In this document: piece by piece, positions 29,023-37,908 of the stretch
How positions within the stretch are numbered: the first letter of the stretch is position 1
Layout of the letters: each line of letters opens with the position of its first letter
DNA from: Planctomycetota bacterium
GTDB taxonomy: Bacteria; Planctomycetota; UBA8108; SXIK01
Reading direction: 5' to 3'
NCBI GenBank assembly: GCA_965223265.1
Contig: OZ244999.1
Span: forward strand, 1,408,001-1,472,000
DNA length: 64,000 nt
Program-made: the position numbers and the translations under genes
Notes under the pieces: generated by a model
Told to the model about the DNA's origin: nothing
Database searches by the model: none
The model's input: the letters and a program-made list of their open reading frames with translations, nothing else

Positions 29023-30576
29023 TCAGAACCCGGAGAGTCGAACTTCCGGAGCGCTCGAGTCGCCAGAGCCGACGTAGCGCGCGTAGCGAGCCTGAATCGG
29101 AGCGAAGTTGAACGTCTCCGCCAAGTTGCCACCTTGCTGTTCGCTCAACACCGCCGTCCAGTTCGTTCCGTCGCTGGAAACCTCGAGATCGAAGGCAGCT
29201 TCGCCTTGTGACGCCCAGCCGAACGTCACCTGGCTGATCGTACGGACGCTGCCGAGGTCGACTTCGAGTTGCATTAGGACGATCGGGAGCTCGGTGATGG
29301 TCGGTTCTGGATCAGGAGGCGCGGTGTCGAGCTCGTGACCTACGACTCGCATCTCGGTGAGACTGTTCCAGCGGCTCTTGGAATTGCCAAAGCCAACGTA
29401 GCGTACGTAACGCGCTTCGATCGGAGCGAAATCGAAGGACTCGAAGCCCGTGGTCGCACCACTGCTGCGTCCGTCGGAGAGCACGCGCGTCCATTCGCTG
29501 CCGTCACCTGAGGCCTCGAGTGCGAAGAGCGCCAGTCGTTGATTGCCCTTGTAAAAGGCCAGCTTGACTTGGCTGACCAAGTGAACGTCGCCGAGGTCGA
29601 GTTCGAGCCACTGGCCGTCGCCAAGCGCGGACCAGCGTGTGCCGAAGTTGTCGTCGAGCACGTTCTCGGGGCCGTTTCCATCATCGCTGCTGGCTCGGAC
29701 GTCGACAGTTGCCAGCTCGCCCGCCGGCGATGTCCCGCCGCCGTCCGTCGTCCCGCCGCCGTCCGTCGTCCCGCCGCCGTCGTCGGTCGTTTCCTCTCCA
29801 CCGTCCGTCGTGTCGCCCCCAGGGTCAGGCGGATTCACGACGTCGCCCAAACGCCCGAGAACCTGCATCTCCGTGACACTATTCCAGCCACTCACGGAGT
29901 TGCCGTAACCGACGTAACGAATGTAACGAGCTGAGACGGGACCAAAGGCAAACGATTCGAATGCTGTCGTCGTGCCGCTGCTGCTTTGATCCCCGAGGAC
30001 CGACACCCACTGAGTCCCGTCGGTGGAAGCTTCGAGTGCGAAGAACGCCTGGCGCTCGTCGCCTTTGGCCCAGGCGAGATCGACTTGAGCGACAATGTAA
30101 TCACCGCCGAGGTCAAGCTCGAGCCATTCACCGTCTCCGAGCGCAGACCAGCGAGTGCTGAGATCGCCGTCAAGCACGTTCGCCGGGACGTTGCCGTCAT
30201 CGCTGCTCGCTTGGACTTCGGCGATCTGAATTGGAGCCAACCCGGCCGCCGCCGACACTTCTTCGGAAAAGTCGCTTTCCGTACCGTCGGACGCCAAGGC
30301 CGTGACCGAAAAAAAGTAGATCTCTCCCTCGACGAGACCCTCGACGGTCGCCGTGGTTGCTGTGTCTTCTACATTGGTTGAGTGATCGTAGGCGAAGTGC
30401 TCTGGGTGGTTCGCGGTGCCTCGACTCCCCTGGCCATAGTGAACCACGTATCCGGAGGACCCTGTAGATGGCGGGTTCCACACCAGGTTCACCTGGGCTG
30501 CTTCAGTAGTCGCGGCAAGTGACGTGATACCGACAAGAAACACGGTTGCACGAAGGAGTCGATTTTGAGTGCGCAT
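29023..30576 (-). CDS. Secreted Fn3 + discoidin (F5/8 type C, CBM32-like) repeat protein
   Basis: Signal peptide from MRTQNR; Fn3 (LVWNPP...YFFSVTA...ESDFS); two full DG-x-x-x-TRWS...WLELDLG domains and a third truncated one. Confidence 0.85.
   Translation of the reverse strand: MRTQNRLLRATVFLVGITSLAATTEAAQVNLVWNPPSTGSSGYVVHYGQGSRGTANHPEHFAYDHSTNVEDTATTATVEGLVEGEIYFFSVTALASDGTESDFSEEVSAAAGLAPIQIAEVQASSDDGNVPANVLDGDLSTRWSALGDGEWLELDLGGDYIVAQVDLAWAKGDERQAFFALEASTDGTQWVSVLGDQSSSGTTTAFESFAFGPVSARYIRYVGYGNSVSGWNSVTEMQVLGRLGDVVNPPDPGGDTTDGGEETTDDGGGTTDGGGTTDGGGTSPAGELATVDVRASSDDGNGPENVLDDNFGTRWSALGDGQWLELDLGDVHLVSQVKLAFYKGNQRLALFALEASGDGSEWTRVLSDGRSSGATTGFESFDFAPIEARYVRYVGFGNSKSRWNSLTEMRVVGHELDTAPPDPEPTITELPIVLMQLEVDLGSVRTISQVTFGWASQGEAAFDLEVSSDGTNWTAVLSEQQGGNLAETFNFAPIQARYARYVGSGDSSAPEVRLSGF
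29732..29781. repeat. 18-bp coding tandem repeat (about 2.8 copies) encoding a TTDGGG linker
   Basis: GTCCCGCCGCCGTCCGTC twice plus a partial copy. Confidence 0.9.
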
Positions 30577-30831
30577 GTAAAGGATCCTCGCTTCGTTGAT
30601 CACCTGGTCGAGCTGCGCCTGTTGCCACTTGATCGGAACGTGAGGACGACGTGGCAACCTGTGTGCCTGGGCCTGTTTTTTTGCCGCAGGTGTGTTCAAA
30701 TGTTCGACTTGGGGCGTATGACTGCGCGTCCAGGAAAGTGAGGACGAACTCTCTCAGTTCCGATTCTTACCGTCCTCTCTACCGAAAACGACGCGCATAG
30801 GATTTGGCGTTGTGTCACGGAGTTGGCTTAG

Positions 30832-31004
30832 CAGCCCGTTGAAAAAGTCATTCGGCCGAGAAACTGGCCTCTTCACGCCCAGATCGACCGCGGCGAGCCT
30901 CGCCGTAATGTCTCAAGAGGGCTCGGAGATTACCTACGTTCGCCGCGGTCGATCTGGACGCGAAGCGACCAGTTTTCGACTCGAAGCACTTTTTCAACAG
31001 GCTG
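30832..31004 (+). mobile_element. Fold-back MITE-like element, copy 1 (173 bp, TSD TTAG)
   Basis: Ends CAGCCCGTTGAAAAAGT / ACTTTTTCAACAGGCTG; TTAG at 30828-31 and 31005-08; near-identical inverted copy at 38065. Confidence 0.92.
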
Positions 31005-31092
31005 TTAGACGGGAGTAATGCCTGGTTTCAGCGCGGGACGGGGTTTGACGATTGTTCGTGCGCGAGAGCGGACGTCTGCCGTCATTGGCGCG

Positions 31093-32418
31093 TCACTCGG
31101 CAGCGCGGCGACCTGCGGCAAAGTGCGGCGTCCCGCTGATCGAAGGGTCGAGGATGAGTGAGTATCCCCTCCGGGGGTTTTCGACCCAACCGGGTTCGAG
31201 TATGGGCGTGCCACCAACGACGATCTCGTTCACGCCTCGCGGCTCGTCGTTGCGTCCGTCCGGGCCCACGCACCAGATCCTTCGCTCCGCCTTGGAGTAG
31301 CGGAGAGGTTTTCCATCGAAGGGATCGAGCGGCAACGCAGGAAGATAGTGTGGCAACAGTTCGCCGAGGGACTCTGGAAGCTCGCCGTGTTCCAGAACGT
31401 GGCAACGCAGCGCCAGTAGGATGCGTGTGCCGCCGAACATGACGAACGCGTTGTCATGCGTCAAAAGAGAGTCGGAAATGGGAGGTACCATGACGTTGAA
31501 GATGAGCCGGCCCGGGATGTTGTAGAAGTGTCGGGGGTGTCGCCGACCACCATCGGAAAATGGAATCGAGTAAGCCTCCACCTCTTGCCGCTCCCAATGC
31601 GGCCGCTTCACGTTCTCAATCAAGGCGCGGAAACCGTCAGCTATGAGGCGCTTCGTAGCGTTCCGGCATAAGAGTCCTCCGGTTGGCATGCGCGCTGCTC
31701 GCTCCGCCGTGGTCGCCATGACGCTGAACTCGGCCTTGAGGCAAGCTTCAAACCTGACGGGATCGGTTTGGTAAGGGTCGAGCTCAGCGATGCAAGCGCG
31801 GAGTGTCTTGACGTCGAGATCTGCCCACGCGACAACGTTAGCGATCGTCTTTAGCCCCATATTCTTGACTGCAAGTGCGACGAGTTGCTCACGCAACATA
31901 CCTTGTCCGCGTTCCATCCGGTCGCCTAGCATGACCATCTTCATCGCGGTCTCGAGCGCCTCAGGGCCTTTGTCTCGCTCCACGAACACCCGGGCGTGTT
32001 GCACGAAAAGGCGACTGAGATTTCGCACCTCGATGAGGTATGGGACGTCCTCGTCTAGCGTCGCTTGCAGCGGCAAGATCAGGTCTTGCCGAGCGAGCGC
32101 TTGGTCGACGGCTCTGAGGTGGTGAGCGTTCGTTTCAAGCGTTTTGCGTGCTTTGGAAAGTGACCAGGGAAGGAAAACTCCTGCCTCCGGATCCTGAATG
32201 TCAAACGGTTCGGATTCTTGAATAAGGTCATCAGGTATGACCACATCGCCCGCTGAGAAGTTGATGAAGCGAAATCCGTTGTCGGCGACTTGGCGACGCT
32301 GAAGCATGAGATCGGAGACGTCTGGCGGCGCCTCGTCCCTTGTCAAGTAGATCCAAGTTCCGACGAGGAGGGCGGTGCAGCACAGGAGTCCGGTCAGAAG
32401 GAGACGTCTTTTCGTCAT
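31093..32418 (-). CDS. Membrane-anchored hypothetical protein with pilin-like C-terminal motif (LPxDPF)
   Basis: N-terminal TM; LALRCH...GELPESLGELLPHYLPALPLDPFDGKPLRY...VGPDGRND. Confidence 0.75.
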   Translation of the reverse strand: MTKRRLLLTGLLCCTALLVGTWIYLTRDEAPPDVSDLMLQRRQVADNGFRFINFSAGDVVIPDDLIQESEPFDIQDPEAGVFLPWSLSKARKTLETNAHHLRAVDQALARQDLILPLQATLDEDVPYLIEVRNLSRLFVQHARVFVERDKGPEALETAMKMVMLGDRMERGQGMLREQLVALAVKNMGLKTIANVVAWADLDVKTLRACIAELDPYQTDPVRFEACLKAEFSVMATTAERAARMPTGGLLCRNATKRLIADGFRALIENVKRPHWERQEVEAYSIPFSDGGRRHPRHFYNIPGRLIFNVMVPPISDSLLTHDNAFVMFGGTRILLALRCHVLEHGELPESLGELLPHYLPALPLDPFDGKPLRYSKAERRIWCVGPDGRNDEPRGVNEIVVGGTPILEPGWVENPRRGYSLILDPSISGTPHFAAGRRAAE

Positions 32419-32510
32419 GTGTGCGTTTGGTCCCGTAGACTTCTCAAGTAGTCTTTGCCCAGGTCGCTACCGCTATATCGTTGCTCGAATGCCGGTTCAA
32501 AGAGCCCGAC

Positions 32511-34187
32511 CTATTCGGACTTCCCGCTGCGGTGGGATGCGATGACTTCTTCTTTTGTGAGCGCTCGGCCATACAAACGAACGTCGCTGACGCGCCCGTT
32601 GAAGTAGTCGTGAGTTCCATATCCGATCTGCAGGGGAGCATCGTTTGAGAGGTCGTACTCTTCCGCGACGAATGGCGGCGACGTCGCCGCACGTGCGCCG
32701 TCGACCCAGAGCTCGAGCCGATTGTGGCGACGAATCGCGACGATGTGACGCCACCCGGGAGCCAGCGCGTAGCCGCTCGAGGCGCTCTTTCCAGCCTCGA
32801 GTGAGAGCACGCGTCCCGACGGCAAGACCCCTGCGTAGAGCCGGCCACGGTAGACTGCCATGTTCCAGACGCGGCGGTAGCGCACGTCCGGCGTCAAGTC
32901 GAGGCGTCCCGTGCTCGTCCACTTGCGCACGCCATCGTAGCGATACACGTGCGCCAGCGGCAGCGTGCCTGCATAGAGCTTGCCATTGTAGACGGCCAAT
33001 CCCATGACTTCCCTCTCGTCTCCGAGGCGGCCGAGGTTTTCCCATTCGTTCGGTCTGACAAAGCGGTAGACGCTCGCGCCCGGCCAGGTGCTGACATGGA
33101 GGCTGCCGCGATAGACGGCGAATGCATATGTCTGAGTCTCTCCTGCCAGCTTGCCGACAACTTCCCACCTCTTGCCGTCATAGCGGTAGATTCCAGCTTC
33201 GTCGTATCCCGTGGCATAGATATGGCCGTTGTAGACCGCTAGACTCTCGACGCGGCGACCATTAGGGCTACCGCAGCTTTTCCAGGACGTGCCGCCTTCG
33301 TAGCGAAAGAGGCCGGGCGAGTACATCGCGGACACATAGAGGCGGCCGCGGTAGACCACCATGCCATTGAGAGCTTCGGCGTCTCCGAGTTTGCCGCAAT
33401 CGATCCAGCGCGCGCCGCCGGCATAGCGATAGACGCGGCCGCCTGGCGTCAGGTTTGGGGAGTCAGCGAGTGCCGAGCCGCCGGTTCGATAGCGTGACAC
33501 CGCTGCGTAGAGCTGGCCAAGGTGAACGGCCAGGCACGTGACCGCATTTGCCGGCAGCGGGCTGCCACAGTCGACCCACTGCTCGCCTCCGGCATATCGA
33601 TAGACATGGCCCGCCTCTTCTTTCCCTGGTTCGCAGGTGCCGACATAGAGTTTGTCGCGATAGACGACCATCGAAAACGGCAGGATGCTCTTTCCCGGCC
33701 TACCGCAGTCTCGCCAACCGGCGTCGATGCGAGCATTGTCGATACCAAAGTGCAGGTGGCGATCATTGGACTGGCTGCTCGTCATGCCGGCATGACTCTT
33801 GACGCCGAGAACGAATCCGCGGCGCGTCACAGGATCATATTTCGAGACGATGTCACCGATGACGTCATCGAGTGTTGCGTCGGTGTAGGCCCAAACCGAG
33901 ATCGAAAAGTCCGTGGCGCCAAGGTTGAGCCTGGCGGTATCGTTGACCTCGATATGGCCGTCGCGGCCGTCGAAACGCGCTGCGGTTCGCTCGCCGCCGC
34001 TCGGGCCCGAGGCGTCGAAATCGACTTCTCTCCCCCTGGGCAGTACGGTGCCGTGATGTCCATGGCCGGAGTGGTCGCGCGCGTCGCCGTGGAGGGGCCA
34101 GTGCGCGATCGGATCGGCGGCAAACAGGGTCAGAGCCGTGGCTAAGACGAAGGTTAGAGAGACGAGTGGGTCAGCCTTCATCTTCAT
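32511..34187 (-). CDS. Secreted LamG-like jellyroll protein with an inserted beta-propeller
   Basis: IAHWPL...FSISVW (LamG N-half), about 6 VYRGRLY...VYRYxG...W repeats, WRHIVA...FNGRVSDVRLYGRAL (LamG C-half). Confidence 0.8.
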   Translation of the reverse strand: MKMKADPLVSLTFVLATALTLFAADPIAHWPLHGDARDHSGHGHHGTVLPRGREVDFDASGPSGGERTAARFDGRDGHIEVNDTARLNLGATDFSISVWAYTDATLDDVIGDIVSKYDPVTRRGFVLGVKSHAGMTSSQSNDRHLHFGIDNARIDAGWRDCGRPGKSILPFSMVVYRDKLYVGTCEPGKEEAGHVYRYAGGEQWVDCGSPLPANAVTCLAVHLGQLYAAVSRYRTGGSALADSPNLTPGGRVYRYAGGARWIDCGKLGDAEALNGMVVYRGRLYVSAMYSPGLFRYEGGTSWKSCGSPNGRRVESLAVYNGHIYATGYDEAGIYRYDGKRWEVVGKLAGETQTYAFAVYRGSLHVSTWPGASVYRFVRPNEWENLGRLGDEREVMGLAVYNGKLYAGTLPLAHVYRYDGVRKWTSTGRLDLTPDVRYRRVWNMAVYRGRLYAGVLPSGRVLSLEAGKSASSGYALAPGWRHIVAIRRHNRLELWVDGARAATSPPFVAEEYDLSNDAPLQIGYGTHDYFNGRVSDVRLYGRALTKEEVIASHRSGKSE

Positions 34188-34470
34188 GGATCTGTAGCTC
34201 TGCGAAGGGGCATTCCGGGAGATGCGGCGCACATCGGCCTGGACGGACGACTTCCCAGCGAAAATGGATGCAGACCAGCGGAGGGTATCAGGCTCAGATC
34301 GACGCATCAAGGCACGCTGCGTGCGGTCGTGCAGTCTCCGACTCTACAGTTGCGTAAGTTTTCGCAGGAAGGGCTTAGAAACCCTTTCCCGGACGTTCGA
34401 TCGGCAGTTGAAGGACGTCGCGGCGGACTTCACGTTTGGTGAGGTTTGCCGGTGTGTCGTGTTCCCCCTT

Positions 34471-34548
34471 GCCCACGCGCACGCCCACTCCCACTCCCAC
34501 GGTCACGGTCACGGTCACGGTCACGCACACGGTCACGCCCACGCCCAC
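34471..34548. repeat. Intergenic degenerate hexamer array, 13 x NNNCAC
   Basis: gcccac gcgcac gcccac tcccac tcccac (ggtcac)4 gcacac ggtcac gcccac gcccac. Confidence 0.9.
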
Positions 34549-34652
34549 GTCTTAAGGCGCGTCTCTTTCGCAACGTTGGGGTCCGACTCTACCTGATCGC
34601 GCGGTTGCCGATCGCACGCGATTCGATTCCCGATAGCGAAATGGGTGTTGGG

Positions 34653-35948
34653 TCAAGCCCGCCGCTGAGTACGCTTCGCGGGGCGCCTCTTCTTAGTGGA
34701 CGGTGCGTGGCGCCGCACCGATTCGCTGTCGCTTCCACACAGCGTACCGAGTGTTACCTCGGGTGACTCTCCACCCTCATCGTGTTTTAGATAGACGAAC
34801 ACATCTTTCTTCGCCTTTTGCAGCTCTACGAACCATGTACGCCAAGAAGTGAGGTCAGCGTCGTCGTATCCGTCACGACGCAGGCGTACGTAAGCGAACT
34901 CAGACGTTGTCAAGCGCGGCATCGAGAGCTTCTCGTCGTCGTGGACGACCAGCGCTACCTGACCGTCAGAGAGACACGCCCACGTCGCATCGTCGAACCA
35001 GCTCTCATGGCGGAACTCGATCGCGTATCGAATTCCTGACGGCAAGCAGGCGACGAAGTCGGCAAGGAGCGCGTCATCACGCTTTAAAGTTGGAGGCAGC
35101 TGAAAAAGGATCGACCCAAGACGTTCGCCAAGGGTTTCGCACCGCTCCACGAAGCTGGCGGTTACGTCCTCGACGTTTTTTAGTCGTGACCTATGCGTGA
35201 TGCGTTGGTTCGCCTTGACCGCGAAAAGAAAACCGTCCGGAGTCTGCGCCGCCCAGTCCGCCAGCGCTTTCTCGGAAGGGAAACGATAGAACGTGTTATT
35301 GATCTCGACGGTATCAAAGCGTGTCGAGTAGTAGGAGAGAAAGTCGCCGACGGCGAGGTCTTCGGGGTAGAAAGACCCCTTCCACTCCTTATACGAATAG
35401 CCCGAGGTTCCCGGACGCAGGCGGCCGGAGGAGGCCGGTAGCGGCGCTGGCACCGTAGATGATTTCGAACGCACCGATGGAGCGAACTTGCGGCCGCTTT
35501 TGCGGCGTTCGATCGAAGCAAGAATTCGCTCCTCGGTTTTTTTGCCGAAGCCGCGGAGTTCGCTGACGCGTCCGGCGCGAGCGGCAGCTTCGAGCGCAGC
35601 GAGACTGTCGACGTCGAGTTCGGTCCACAGCGCTCGGACCTTCTTGGGGCCGATCCCCGAGAGCGTGAGCAACTCGGGTAGGCCTTCCGGGACCAAGCCG
35701 CGGATGCGTTCGTGCTCACCCGATCTTCCGCTCCGGACGAGCTCGCTGATGATGCTCGTCAGTCCTTTGCCAGTTCCCCTTAGACTGCTGAGCGAACCGT
35801 CCTCAACGGCGGCGGCGAGATCTCCTTCCCACTCGTCGAGGCTGCGACCGGCGTTGCGGTACGCCATGATCTCGAAGGTGTTCGCCTCGGCAATCTCGAG
35901 AAGGTCTCCCATCTCCTTGAGGGTCCGGATGACTTCGTCCTTGTTCAC
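34653..35948 (-). CDS. Fusion of DNA polymerase X N-terminal HhH domains with DUF72
   Basis: GGAGG RBS + GTG 35948; DLLEI...NTFEIMAYRNA, GIGPKK, GFGKKTEERIL (PolX N-term); GTSGYSY, VEINNTFY, LFQLPP, AIEFRHESW, YVRLR, VYLKH (DUF72). Confidence 0.88.
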   Translation of the reverse strand: MNKDEVIRTLKEMGDLLEIAEANTFEIMAYRNAGRSLDEWEGDLAAAVEDGSLSSLRGTGKGLTSIISELVRSGRSGEHERIRGLVPEGLPELLTLSGIGPKKVRALWTELDVDSLAALEAAARAGRVSELRGFGKKTEERILASIERRKSGRKFAPSVRSKSSTVPAPLPASSGRLRPGTSGYSYKEWKGSFYPEDLAVGDFLSYYSTRFDTVEINNTFYRFPSEKALADWAAQTPDGFLFAVKANQRITHRSRLKNVEDVTASFVERCETLGERLGSILFQLPPTLKRDDALLADFVACLPSGIRYAIEFRHESWFDDATWACLSDGQVALVVHDDEKLSMPRLTTSEFAYVRLRRDGYDDADLTSWRTWFVELQKAKKDVFVYLKHDEGGESPEVTLGTLCGSDSESVRRHAPSTKKRRPAKRTQRRA

Positions 35949-36234
35949 CTTTCGAGTCCTCCGTGCGGCGAGACCGTGATGCAGCGCGTCGCGGAATTGG
36001 TCGTGTGTATCGAACGACGAAGCGCGCCGAGCGGTTTGTCCTGTGACAACAATTCGGACAAACAGATCCCTCCAAGTGTGCCAGTGGTGGGGTGATTTTC
36101 CCAGCCTGCGGATGTTTTCGGATGGCGCATGGCGCCGCGTTAAGCGCTGATCGAGTGCAGAGGGGGCAAAGCACAGCCTGTTCGATGCGCCACTCTGCCG
36201 CTGCGAGTGATCAAGAGCGCGCAACAGGTGCGCG

Positions 36235-37743
36235 CTATTCGTCGTACCAGTACGAAAACAGACTGCCTCGAGAGAGCGCAAAGCGCAGGCTGACCTGCTG
36301 GCCCTCGTGCGCAGCCGACCGATCCTTTGTCCACTTCACAGGCGCTCGGTGGAGATCGCCGCTCAGCGGCTCGGATCTGACGACGACTGAGCCGGCAACC
36401 AGCACCTCCACGCGCAGGTGGCCGCGTACGATAGCGTTGACGCGCAGCGTTCCACCCGGCGAGAGGAACGGCTTCGTCTCGACGACGCCCTCCACGTTAG
36501 TCGCGTCGAGCGACACGAATCCATCGCGTCGTAGCACGGCCAAACAGACGGCGCCGGCTTTTTCGTCTGCGTTCTCAGGTCGCGCGCGATACTTGATCCC
36601 CGTGTAGTAAAACCAAAGTTCGTCGCCACGCTCCACTGGTGCGCTCGGGCCAATCAGTTGCGTTAGGTCATAGGCGCCTTCGCCCACGGGCGAAGGTCCG
36701 ATGAATGTGCCCCGATTGCCAAGGCGAGTGAACGTCTTGAGATCCCGACTACACACCAGCTGGATCAAGTGAAAGCCGTCCTTGTTCCAACGATTGTCAT
36801 TGGAGTGGAACATCGCGGGAGTGCCGATGTAGAGACCTTCGTAACGAAACAGCCCCATGTTGTAGACGTCGACTTTGGGTTTGGCGGTTTTTCCCTTGTA
36901 CGTGTCGCGAATGTCCCACAGCGGTCGCTGCATTTGTAGTTTGGAGTTGGCGCGACGTGCCTCGATGTGTCGCCGGCCAAGCTCCTGGTCGAGCTCGTCG
37001 GCGTGAAAGATCATGGTCGGCTCGGTCCAATTCTCGAAATCCTTGCTGGTCGAAAGGTGCACGGAGCGGCCGTAGGGTCCGGGATGCTTGACCGTCAGAA
37101 TGAACAAGCGCTCTCGATGATCCAGCGAAAGATTGGACTCGTCTTGGCTAGGAATGGGAGGAACATCGAGCAGCTCCCATCGCACGCCATCCGCGCTCAC
37201 CATGGGACGGCGCCCGAAGGCACCGAGGAGGCCCTTGTAGCGCCGCCCGGGATCGGGATCGAACGGGTCGTAGACGACGTTCTCGATGGCGTTTTCCGGC
37301 CACTGCATTTTCGGGTCGAGCGCGATGAAGTTGTTTTCCCGCGAGCCCTGTAGCTCCCACTGCAGGAGCGTGGGCTTCGTCCACTGCACGCCATCGGCAC
37401 TTGTGGCGAAGGTGGCGCCCGCGACTCCTGGCAGATTCGTGGAGGTGATCAGCCAGAGCTTGAAGACGTTTTCTTTCACCTCCCACGCAGGGACGCATCG
37501 CGTCTGCAGCGATGTCTCCCATGGCTTGTCTGGGAGGACAACCGCACCTCTCTTCGTCGGCTGATGCAGAGTCCTCACCAGGTCACGCATGCCAGCGAGG
37601 CCCATGTCGTCGAGAAAGAGCTGGCGCTCGCCGGGCACGACCACGAACTCTGGTTCAGCGGCGCCGGCAGTGCACGGCAACGACAGTGTCAGGAGGCAAT
37701 GCAACAGCAACAGAGCTGGCAGCGGGGCATCAGCGGGACGCAT
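36235..37743 (-). CDS. Secreted five-bladed beta-propeller glycoside-hydrolase-like protein (paralogue of 4596..6128)
   Basis: RQLFLDD, SADGVQW, DPDPGRRYKG, LWFYYTG, LRRDGFVSL, LFSYW. Confidence 0.78.
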   Translation of the reverse strand: MRPADAPLPALLLLHCLLTLSLPCTAGAAEPEFVVVPGERQLFLDDMGLAGMRDLVRTLHQPTKRGAVVLPDKPWETSLQTRCVPAWEVKENVFKLWLITSTNLPGVAGATFATSADGVQWTKPTLLQWELQGSRENNFIALDPKMQWPENAIENVVYDPFDPDPGRRYKGLLGAFGRRPMVSADGVRWELLDVPPIPSQDESNLSLDHRERLFILTVKHPGPYGRSVHLSTSKDFENWTEPTMIFHADELDQELGRRHIEARRANSKLQMQRPLWDIRDTYKGKTAKPKVDVYNMGLFRYEGLYIGTPAMFHSNDNRWNKDGFHLIQLVCSRDLKTFTRLGNRGTFIGPSPVGEGAYDLTQLIGPSAPVERGDELWFYYTGIKYRARPENADEKAGAVCLAVLRRDGFVSLDATNVEGVVETKPFLSPGGTLRVNAIVRGHLRVEVLVAGSVVVRSEPLSGDLHRAPVKWTKDRSAAHEGQQVSLRFALSRGSLFSYWYDE

Positions 37744-37908
37744 ACGATCAATCTCTCGCCACGGGGAAGGATCCACGATTGGATCACGAACTTCGGCAAT
37801 AGAGTACCAAAGTCTTGGCGCGTTCGATGCGTGGACGCGGCCGACGACTTGGTGACGGGATCGCCACCGATCGTACCAGAGTTTGTTCCGTTCGCCGCGG
37901 GATTCCGC

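Noticed and set aside
30898-30925. MITE loop acting as a guide complementary to its insertion site
   Set aside because: Only a 6-nt match (GTAATG) to the flank in copy 1 and none evident in copy 2; not distinguishable from chance with two copies.
34222-34596. His-rich metal-binding protein ORF
   Set aside because: The His run comes only from the hexamer array; the remainder overlaps upstream sequence and does not look like a protein.
35949-36281. N-terminal 111 aa of the 542-aa ORF
   Set aside because: Overlaps the upstream gene end; the GGAGG + GTG at 35948 coincides with the start of PolX similarity.
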